In this document: piece after piece, positions 53,300-64,000 of the stretch
How the letters are laid out: every line of letters begins with the position of its first letter
Position numbering within the stretch: the first letter of the stretch is position 1
DNA from: Auanema rhodensis
Lineage: Eukaryota; Animalia; Nematoda
Assembly (NCBI GenBank): GCA_964057225.1
Contig: OZ059895.1
Coordinates: 14,818,001-14,882,000, forward strand
Length of the DNA stretch: 64,000 nucleotides
Direction of reading: 5' to 3'
Made by a program: the position numbers and the translations under genes
The notes under the pieces: generated by a model
Databases searched by the model: none
Told to the model about the DNA's origin: nothing
What the model saw: only the letters and a program-made list of their open reading frames with translations

Positions 53300-55885
53300 T
53301 CAATCGCTTCGCTCTTCTTGCAGCCACTCCGGCTTTTTTGGCGTGGGTCCTTACGGAAACATATTCCGGACGATGCTAGAACCGGTTGCAAATTCATAAA
53401 AATGCCGTTTAACAGATTGATGATGAGGATGATGTTCCCACTGGAAAGTCATGCAAAGCATGCCAAATACATAGAAATCCTAGTGAAAATATGAATTTCC
53501 TATGAATATACATAGGTGCAAGTCAAATGGAAGTACATTGAATGAGTGTACAAACCAATATTGGCATTATGACTGGGTGATCGTGAGTGAAAGAAAGAGA
53601 AAATAGTATCAATTTTCTTCAAATATAATCCCTTTGAATTAAAAAATTAAAAACAAATTAATTAGATAAATTATTTAATTAAGATTCAGCTAATGAAACA
53701 AATACATGAATTAATGAAAAGAAATCATAACAACTCTTAACAACACTAAGTGCCCATATTTGTAATGGAACTTGAAAACTAAATGAGATAAGTAAGACAC
53801 AATTAACAAATGAAAATCGTTGTTCACCCGGGGAACATAAAGCCCATACTGTAAAAGATAAGAAAATAATATTAACAACAAGAGAGATAAAGCATGAAAT
53901 ATAATGAATGTATACCAGTCTCTGAAATAAATATTTATTAATTTATTAAATATAATTTGTAAATTTTATTAAAAAATAAACTTTTGGATGAAATATAATA
54001 TTGGATTTATAATTAAATGCAACCGCTTGTGTATTAACGTGTTTTTGAAATGAAAATAATATTACGGTAAGACGTGCAAATATACGTGACGTTTACGTGA
54101 GTTTCACGTAAAATATTCAAATTTAAAATATAATAAAATCAATTTTCTTTCTAATTACGAACCTTATTGAAATACAAGATGCCACGTAAAAGAAGAAGTG
54201 ATAATATAGCAAGAATCTATAATGAGATATGAATGATACTGTAATTGACAAGCCAACTAAGAATATACCAAATCATAGGCAGCAATTGCATAGAAAAAGA
54301 TATGATGACCAAACCATCCATTAACTGTTTTTGGAATCTTTTCCCACAAAGTAAAGCCACCTCTGGACATTGCGCTGACAACACATAGGAAGGTACTGAC
54401 AACGAATGCAAGCTGAAATTATGAAAATTAAGACAAATTAATGGACAACTTTCTATTTAATTGCCGTTTTTTCCCTTTATTTTCATATTTTATGCCTAAA
54501 ATATTTTATTTAAGTTTCTCATTCATAAAGACGTGAGCTTTCAACAAGTAGCAGCAGGCATCAGCAAAAGCGACTTCCGGTTCTAGCAGATACAACTCAG
54601 ACTGCGACTCACAATTGATTTTTTTTGTGAAAAGAATATAAAGAAATATACGAAAAGTATTGGAAAAATGTATTTTTTTGTTAAAAATGTAAAGATTTTC
54701 AATGAAAAGCTTCTTGTATTGCAATGTATGTATGTGGCCGTATATCCATCCACCCTCAATACCATATGAGCGTGAATCACACTCGCTGCGAACCCACCTC
54801 AAAGACCACAACTGTCATGCAGCCTCCGCGCACCAGACAGGACGACAAGCAGCATAACGGCTCCATCTCCAAATGCCTAGACTGAACTCTGAAATATTAT
54901 AGATTTCAGTTTATTTAAGTCTGGACTTTGTCACAAACTTTGTATGAATTGGAGCAACTTTATTGGATCTCAGCTTATTATGGAACTGTCGACCCTTGGA
55001 CACAATTTCACAGACATGATCATTAATGGAAACGATTTTCATTCTCAATTTATCTATAGGTGTAGCGTTCTTCGAAACTGAAAAATGAAAAAAATCATAT
55101 ATAATCTGGAGAAGTGAATGAGCTCTAGGACTATGGCATATTATTTTTTTTGAACAAAAAACAAACAAACAAAAATTCAGACACATAATGAGAATTTTAG
55201 GAGTTTTATGAAGAAATTTTAAGACATTTTTGAAGTAATACATATGTGTATGTGAAAAGTCAGTACAGCTTTTGGAGCTATGATAATTTGGCTTCGAACT
55301 CAACGAAGAAATCGTAGGGTCATGTGAGGCGTACCAGAGCTATGGTTGAACGTTTAAAAACATATTTCAGTCAGCTGGAAAATGCTCTGCCAAATGTTAT
55401 ATAAAGCAAAATAGCAAAGCAAAGTTTCTATTCCCTTATAAAAAAAACTTAAAAATATTGAGATTTCTATTGAGAAATGTTTTAAAGTTGAAACTCACGT
55501 TTTGCATCTTTCGGCTCTTTCACTTTCGGTATTTTCAGTTGTTTTTGTGATTTGTTTGAAGCTGTAGAAGCCTGAATTTTGAACTTAAATCATCTTTTTT
55601 AATAGAAAAAAGTTGTTGGGTGTAATCAGATAATATAGAAACATGGTAGAATGAATTTAAGTTGGTTAAAGTTGAACTTACTTTCCATGTTTGCTCCTCA
55701 GGTGGTACCCAATGCTGATCAATCATACTATTGGTCTTACGAATACGTCGTTCGTCCAGATAATCCTACGAAAAATTAAAAATAAAATGAAATTTAGATA
55801 ACTGGAAGTTAAGGAAAATGCTTGTAAATAGAAAAAAATAAAAAGATTTATTCATTGAGCATAGGAAGTTACCTGTTTGTCCATT
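53300..55885 (-). CDS. Putative multi-exon nematode membrane protein (boundaries uncertain)
   Basis: Exon-like pieces with GT-AG ends: MDKQ/DYLDERRIRKTNSMIDQHWVPPEEQTWK, MEPLCCLSSCLVRGGCMTVVVFE, LAFVVSTFLCVVSAMSRGG...FGHHIFFYAIAAYD, ILAILSLLLLRGIL. 3' end not resolved. Confidence 0.5.
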
Positions 55886-56792
55886 TTAAAGGGGAAGTTT
55901 TACAACACAAACTATATGTCGTTAGAAGGTAATGTGATGATAAAGCTGAAGAAGGGCCAATAGAAATAGCTTAAGGCTTTGGTTCAATTGCTAGTCACGA
56001 CTAGAAAAAGTGAAATTCAGGCATCCTTTATGAGCTTAGTCCGATGCTTATGCTGAATGAATGACAGGTTTGGAGGTTGAGAAAAGGCTTGGCATAGGGA
56101 AATGGGAAAAAACGAAAAAGGTATCCAACCTCCAAACTTGAAGATTCAAAAATGATTGATTCGTGAAATTGGAATAACGAAGTAAGTTATAGCTTCGTCG
56201 AAAAAACTTCCTCCTTCGTTGGACAAACGATAAAATGCTAAATTTATTTCATAAAATAGGTTATGTTAACCAGATATTGAGATAAGAGAGAGCGAGAAAG
56301 AGAGAGAGAGAGAGAGAAAAACCTCCGAGGGATGTAACTTCTCTCGAAAACTTAACGACAACGACTAACTACATACCACAGCTCTGCCGTACATCATAAT
56401 TGCGTTTTAAAAAAGCGAAAAGAACATTCAGATTACCTTTTATGAGCAAACTTTATCGTCTCTGTGGGGGCGGCATTGAGTTTTTTCCCTTTTGTTCCGC
56501 GAAAAAGCATTGTCTCAGCTTTTCAATGTTCCGGAAGCAGCATGAAGACGACCACCGAGGTCAACGTTGTAGCCGTTTACGGACCAAGTGCATATTCTTA
56601 ATTCTCTTTGATCTCTTCTCATTACCTTTGTAGTGTAGAGAATGTCATGAAAAGATTCGAAAATGTCGAAATGTAACGAAAGAATTTGAGGAAAATAAGA
56701 AAAATTTATCTTTATAAATTACAAATTTATATTAAAAGAAAATTAAAACGTTGCGAAGAAACGAGGAGTATTGAGAGATGTGTGGGATTCTG

Positions 56793-58078
56793 TTAATGGT
56801 GGCTGAATTCGATGCCAGTGACTTCAACATCTCCTTCGATTCTCAATCCAGCGTAGTCAGATGCTGGGTTTGGAGTACGATGTTGGAATGTTGCAAAGCG
56901 GTTGTTGTCGATGAAAATCTAATGATGGGTTTGGTATAGATAGATGATTTATAGATGAAATCTATTTACCTGAATGGAGAATGGCTCGTTGACGATAGTC
57001 AAGTTGAAGCCCTGATCCTTATGGAATGGGAAGTGTCCTTCTCTTTCTTCGGTATCCCAAAATCCATTGCGGTAGGAGTTGCGAACGATCTGTAAAACAC
57101 TCGAGATAATATTTTGGAAAACAGTACGATCACGAGAACAACCGCTTGACACGCATGCAAATATCAAAATGAATTTGCGTCAAGCTATGCTATCAATCGA
57201 TATTGTGTATATTACCGCCTTCTCCTTCATGCGAGGATTGAAATGGAAGAGGATATCTCCATTAGTTCCAACTAAGTCTAAGTTCCATCTATCTCCCTTT
57301 GGAACACCGTACATGTAGATGCGTTGACCAGATTGAAGAGCACCATGCTGGAATCCAGTGGTCCATGGAAGGTTGTAGAAGCTGAAATTTCTCTTTAAAT
57401 TTCTTAAAAAACCGTGAAGTGCATACCTTCCACCCCAATGAACTCCGACGAGGCTCACATCTCCGCTGACTTGGAAGAATTCCATGGAATTGAATGGCTC
57501 ACGATATTTGAACTCGTGGATTTTCTTGCCATCAGCGCTGATCTCGAAGTGGTGTTCAAGAACTCTAAAATAAGTTCCCAAATTCAGTTTACTAATAGCT
57601 GTGCTCAACAACTTGCCTAATGCGGAAATCGAACTTATCTCCCTTCTTGTAATGAAGAGATTCACGCTCTTCCTTGCCCCATGCACCTTGCTGAAATAAA
57701 ATTCTTCAGTTTTTCAATCAAAATCTTTAGTGAGATTTCTAAAGTTGTTTCAAATACTTGAATGTGATAAGCTATCAGCTGTTACTTTTTTGTATCATAT
57801 CGGAAACTCAGATGACGACATTTGAGACAAAAGGCTTGGCTTATCATTGAAAATTTTTTTGTCTACGTATACATCAAAGGAATTTTTTCTGATATCTCTG
57901 ATATAATCTAGGATCAACGTTTGAGAATATTTTTATCAAACTCGGCTCTTAAAGATAATTATTTTTGAATTTTCAATGAAAAATGAATGTTGTTTGTATT
58001 GGAGGTTTAGATTATTGGAGTCGTATTCCCTCTTTTATGATTATACATGATGCATTTCTTGTTTCAACAAAAGAGAAA

Positions 58079-58134
<56 letters not shown>

Positions 58135-59443
58135 TAGCGGAAATGAAAAACAGATTTTTGATTTAAGCCAAATGCAATCGAAAACCCATATTGTTTGAAC
58201 CTAATCACATAACAACAGACATTTCCTAGTTTTCATGTTTTGCGACAGAGAAGTTTTGCTAAACCTGTGTCTTGTCAACATTCCTCTCGTCCTCATTCGT
58301 TGAGAGACGAGACACAAGCCGTCTACATGTTTGTTCGTCTGTCTATGTCTGGGACGGTCAATCCCTCGGTGTTGTTACAGGTTGATCAGGAAGCTATCAA
58401 CACTGCTTTTCATAAAGCTGAATTGATTGATGTTCATCAGAAATTCAGAAGCAAATATACCAAAACATATGAGCTATTTTAACTGTTTTGTTGTCCTTCA
58501 TCACACAAAAAAACGAGTTATTCGTTTATTTTTGTTCAAAGTTTATAGTTTTTTACCACCACAAACATGCCAAATAAGTAATTCAAAAAGCTCATTAACT
58601 ATGTATTAATTATAATTTGAAAAAAAGCTTTTAGATGAGAGCAGTTAACCTCATCATTACTGATGTAAACAAGCTCATTCTTTAACTTGTTTTGGCCAAA
58701 CGAAATCCAAAGAAAACTTACGGAAAGAGTATTGAAGACGATCTTCTTCTCATCGAAACGGATGTTCATGTGAAGAAGGGCGGTACAGTTTGGAATTTGA
58801 TGTCCACCAGTGAGAAGGTTGATAGAAGCCCTGGAAACAGATTCTGATTACTCGAACAATTATTTGAAAATCTGTACGATTTGGCTTCAGCGTGGAAAGT
58901 TCCGTGAACATTCAATGTCTGTCCAGCTTGAATAGGCTGAACCAAACGAGAAGTGAATGGCACTGGGATTCCGGTAGTATCATTTGAATGATCCTGAAAT
59001 ACAATTTATTAAATTTTTTAATTTGATTTCATATTTTTCAATCATTTTCTAGTAATTCATCGATTTTCAATGCAAGTAGCACAACACGTTTACTTCAGAT
59101 GCTGCCGGTCGATGTTTGTTCTTTCAGTTTTTTTTTTCAAAAAATCAACTTGCTGACAGGGAAATATCATATTTTGGCCGAAAATTTTTACAATGTAGAA
59201 ATGAGTTGAAACTTCAAGAAAAAGCAGTTAGTATTGACTTTACTATACTCAAAAACCAAGCTTAGATCTTTTATTTGAATTAAAGTCAGCAAAATATTGT
59301 TTTATTTACTTGTGCCGTACAAGTTCTAGCACTTTTCGCCTAAAATAAACTAAAGTTTACTGATATTTTGTAGTAAAAGAAAAGGCGTTTTCCTATTCAA
59401 TAACATTACAAGTAAACGAAAGTTGATCATTGATTCATTAGAA

Positions 59444-59485
<42 letters not shown>

Positions 59486-60476
59486 TAAGACAGAATTGTC
59501 TACTACTGAACTATGTATATGGCATTATCATTCTATCGTTTATTGTCTTATTCAAAGAGTGTTTTCATTAGTTTTTTTCAAAAAGATTTATGATTATTGG
59601 TTCTTGTTTTCTCTGATAAATCTTTGAGAGAGAGAGAGAGAGAGAGAGAACTCATCAAGAGATGTGTAACTGATTCAAAAGAAAGATTCAGGTAAACAAG
59701 TGTTTGTGCTATTTGGTTTCAAGCACAACATGACTGAAGTCTAATGACCATTCGTCTAAACAAAGTTTTTATTTTGTTTGGATGATGAGGAAACTCCAGA
59801 AAAATCAATAAAATCAATATTTGATTTTATTTCTTTTAACTTCCAACATTTGTTCTCTTATAAGTAAATATTGAATATAAAAAAATATATTATATAGCTT
59901 AGTCATTCCTCTTTCTCTTCAGCTTTTTTTTTTTTTACTTTTTGAAAAAAAAATTATTTGATTTCAGAAACGGTGTTTGTTCAAATACTCGAAGAAGATG
60001 TACAAACTACATGATATGGATGATTATTGTGGGGTTTTGTTGCCAAATTTTACTGTTTAATTGCATGAAAACCTTCCTTGAACGCAAATTCAACCTTGAA
60101 AGTCATACAACACGCACACAAATGGAAATCAATTTGATGTTACTTCTTAAACTTGTAAATAACATTGTTGTATCACATTCTTCAAACAGCCATTTTTCTT
60201 ATCAAAATGATATTTTGGAAATGCTTTAGTGTTATCATGGCAGACTCACTTGGGAATAAAATCCCGCTTACTATCACAGAAATGATGATATTCCTAATGC
60301 TTATGGAAAATATACAAATGTATTGGATTCTTACAACGTTAAATAGATAAAGCATACGACTTTTATGGCAATTAATGATTTTTTCTGGAAATATATCTCA
60401 GAGTCTAACGAGTATACAACGAAAAATGAAAGAGTTTTATTTATATTTAGAGAAGAAGAGAACAAACACTTACCAT
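56793..60476 (-). CDS. lec-5: Tandem-repeat galectin, LEC-5-like
   Basis: CRD1 LHMNIRFDEKKIVFNT..GAWGKEER; linker VHWGGRFYNLPW; CRD2 LFHFNPR..VRNS..GFWDTEER; ends GDVEVTGIEFSHH*. The start is a tentative ATG|gtaagt at 60474-60476. Confidence 0.88.
58082..58129. repeat. (GA)n microsatellite in galectin intron; others at ~59447-59482, ~59627-59649 and ~48098-48132
   Basis: Perfect AG runs. Confidence 0.95.
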
Positions 60477-61309
60477 GGCTGGAAGATGATCAAGGTTTGG
60501 TCGTTTTCGTCACCGTTGAACTGATTCACAGTCCCCTAATCGTATTGCTCCGCCCTATTCTAGGATCCGCCTCTTTTGCCCTTAGTAACAAAGCAAACAA
60601 CATTATATATTAGGTATTGTAAACATATAGTTTTTCACCTTATACTTGGAATTTCTTTTAAAATTTATGAAGAAAAGGAAGAGCGATTAGATTGATTCAA
60701 ATAGTGATGATGATACATCACATCATAAACACACAAACTGAGAGTGTGTGTGAGGGGGCAGAAGAGGCACACAGCTCAAACTTGATTTCAATGATTATGA
60801 TGTGTCATTCAAACTGAACACTTGTTTTCTGTGCAAAGTATCGTAAATTAATTTTTATTCAAATAGCAAAATCATAAAATAGAACTATTCTTTTGTTTCT
60901 TTTCTTATGTTATGTAATTTTAAAAATAGAGGATTGTTATTTGTAATGAACAAGAACAAGATTTTTATTAAATATTATGTTTTAATTATATTTTTTTTAC
61001 AATTATTCATTTTTTGAGGGAAAAAAAAGAAAAATCTTAATAATAAAACTTTGTTTAGGCTTTTGTCGTCATTCTTATATCAACTAGAAAGTGTGCTCTA
61101 TTGATATAAGTGACAATAGATAGATAAACTTCACGAATCAAAGAGGACAACTATGAGCTAGAGCAGATTTAAGATATATAGATATCTATGGAAAGAGAGC
61201 ATCAAAACAGTATTTTCATCCGGGAATACGTGTATACTCCCGTATATAAAGATCAGAAAATGACAATTTGTTTCAAAAAAAAGCAACAATTGAGAAAATC
61301 CTATGTACA

Positions 61310-63328
61310 TTATCTATTAATGTCTATAAGTTGAGGTAATCTGAAGCTATCGCTTACGACCATAACCAGAACGTATACTCCATTGGGTAGCAGTCTGTAA
61401 ATGTAAATTTTAATTATTTTTATTTTTTTGAAAAGAAAATATTAAAAAAAAAGAAATTATATTGCTAAAATTATTTTTTCTTTCAATTTTCAAAAAAAAA
61501 TTTAATTTGGCGGGCGTTATACTTCAAAATATGGCGCATTGCTGGATTTTCATTTTTTTGTTGCATAACGCGAAATGCGGTTGTAGATGAGGGTCATCAA
61601 AGACTTACTCCATTTCCATAACAGGCGAGTTCTAATAGAACATTTGGATCGGATGGATGAAAGGTTCGGAATCTAAACGCTTTTCAATTATTTTTGTTTT
61701 GTTCTGAATGTGTTATTTGCCTGCAATATGGAATATCTTCCAGATGATGCTCATCAAAAAGATTCATGCGGAATCCTACTGTACGAAATTCACTAATAGT
61801 CACATTTGAGTTAAAAACTATGTTACGAATAATCCAAGGTGTGACAAGAGATCTCCAACCCTGAAGTAAGTTCATTAAAACACTTATGAAGCATTGATTG
61901 ATAAGACTAACCATTACAAATTTACACATATCAATAGCTGTGATGGCAGTTACAATTTGAGGAACATCGTTATAAGCTGAGAATTCGAGCGATCGTTCAT
62001 GACCATCTAATAGAGAATTCAAGATACTTCCTAGAAAAAAAAATGAACAATTTTAGCTATAATCATGAATATGGATTGAAATAGTAGTAAATCTACTAAC
62101 CATCAAGCTCATACCACACAGTATTTTCCAATTCCTGTTTGTGAGTAACATCCATACGCAAATGTAAGTGTCGCATTCGTGATAAATCGATACCTCCCTA
62201 ATATATTAAATGAATAATATACATTTTTATGTTATTTTATTACTAGAACTGGTCCTTCCCCCAGGCAGTCTATCGCTGTCATATTCTCTAATATGAGTGA
62301 GCTTAGTCCATGAAGACCTCTGAAACGCTTTTGTGATTCAGCAGCAAAGCACCACGGGAAATGAGGACTTCGCGATGACAAGTATAGTGATCTTAAAGAA
62401 ACATTTGCGATTTGAAATACTTCGCACATGTCAGACAACTCACTTTGCTTGAACTCGACCGCAGATCTGTTCTAAGAATGCTAAGGCCTGAGCAAAGCGA
62501 TCATCAGTCAGCCGACTAACCAGCTTTCGACCTTGCTTTCTAACTTCAAACCTCAATGCTTCCACTTCAACGTATTTCAGAATCTGAATTCAGCATTATC
62601 AGCTATATTTCGGTAAAGAACTCTTATCACCTTTCTAATTAAATCACTATCAGCTCGTTGAGGCATTTTGTCACTACCTCCCCAAACACATTCTAAGTTT
62701 CCACTTCTATAATTCGAACAATATAGGTTTTTAGATTAAATTCCGTCTATCTATTACCTATGAGCCATGAATAGCTCTCTCTGAGCAAGATTTCCTTCTC
62801 TACATTGACGTAATTTATGTTTATAATCTGAAAGAAAGAGAGAAGATGAAATGAATTCCAAATAAATTTCTTTGAAATACCATCTCGAGATCTATCAAAT
62901 AAAGAAAAATAATATTGAATAAGGGGATTTGTAAAATCATCTGTAACAAAGTTTCCTTCCATATCCATAACTTGTATGAAACAATGAACGGGCATTCTGA
63001 AGAACACATGTTGTTGCTGTTGCAATATGTGAAATCAATCAATTACAGCCTTTTTTAGCTTTTGTGTTCGTTTAGTTCACTTACAGAGGTAATCGCTTAA
63101 GATTTCCAAGAACGATGCGTCTCCATCTTTTGTTGACCATGGCAACGTTTCCATATATATCAGTGGGGGGCACATGTCCAAAAATCTTAAAAGTTCATAT
63201 TTTTGAATTCTGATGTAGAGAGAGAGAAAGAGAGAGAGTTACAAAAAGGTTACCTTGACTAGAATTTCAGCTGGTAAATACGAAAAATAATCGATTTGTT
63301 CAGGCTCTTGTGACATAGAGCATTCCAT
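61310..63328 (-). CDS. F-box protein with LRR-like C-terminal region
   Basis: N-terminal DYFSYLPAEILVK...FLDMCP..DIYGNVAMVNKRWRRIV F-box signature, followed by several GT-AG exons (LHGLSSLILENM). Confidence 0.7.
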
Positions 63329-64000
63329 TTTCAAAGATTTTTCAGTCTCCTTCTAGCATTTACTGAAAAACGAATTTCATCAAAGAAGTAAATGATAATG
63401 AACAAGAGAGGAGAAAAGTAAGCAAAAAAATTAAACAAGTTTTCGAGAACACGGGTAGAGGGGCTTAAAACAAAGTTGGAACTAACATTTGAAAAATCAT
63501 TAATTTTTTAATTAAAATAGAAGAAATTAATTGCTAAGCTAAATTTAAGAAAATGAAAGAAGTAAAAATGGGCAGAGAATCAAAAAAGATTAGTTATAAG
63601 TGCGCGAATGTGAGCTGAATAGAGGAAAACAACATGTAACTGACTGGTTTTCACTATCTTCTTGTTGAATACGGAGTGTTCTTGCCCAGAAAGGACGACG
63701 TACATTGCAATCATTTTTGTTTTTTATTTATCAAAAAAACGCAAAAGGAAAAAGTATTTTTGACATATAATATGAGGAATGTCTCCGAAAGGCTTGCGCT
63801 CCATAAAAGCTTAGACAAACAACATGAAGAAAAGCCGGATGTCCGTTGTAGTGACTGATAGACAAAGCTGAGGTCGACGCAGGCTTTTCAAGAACAGAAA
63901 TTGGAAGAAATAAGAAAAAATGTGAATTCGAGCGGATTGCCACATATGGATGAGAGAGCAATGTTATATTTATCCAGGCTACGACTGAGAAGAGCAGTCT

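Noticed and set aside
61352-61364. GCTTACGACCATA, resembling the 5' end of nematode 5S rRNA
   Set aside because: The match stops after 13 nt and lies antisense in the last F-box exon; no internal 5S sequence follows.

Overview
AT-rich genomic DNA from a rhabditid-type (clade V-like) nematode: ~45-55 nt GT-AG introns, TTTCAG-like acceptors, and SL1 spliced-leader genes. About 20 intron-containing protein genes can be assembled by eye. Recognisable ones are ADAT3, nhl-2, orc-4, mrpl-32, rpn-3, hsp-110, tbc-10, anamorsin, RWDD2, SSRP1, ELP2, rps-28, nas-3 and lec-5. Less specific ones are an F-box protein, an Srh-like GPCR, two TIL inhibitors and two secreted Cys-rich proteins. Several pairs are spaced like operons. 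The standout is a ~10 kb accessory island (13.2-23.3 kb) between orc-4 and mrpl-32. It holds ten complete SL1 RNA genes in ~377 and ~485 bp units with no 5S rRNA, one of them inverted. The array is interrupted by a chemoreceptor gene and an inverted pair of TIL genes, and is flanked by a stand-alone intronless BEL/Pao Gag-like zinc-knuckle ORF. Other notable items are a miRNA-seed cluster in the long nhl-2 3'UTR, a C-terminally truncated HSP110, and an isolated GC-rich intronic hairpin. Gene names come from remembered family motifs, not database searches, and exon boundaries were read manually.
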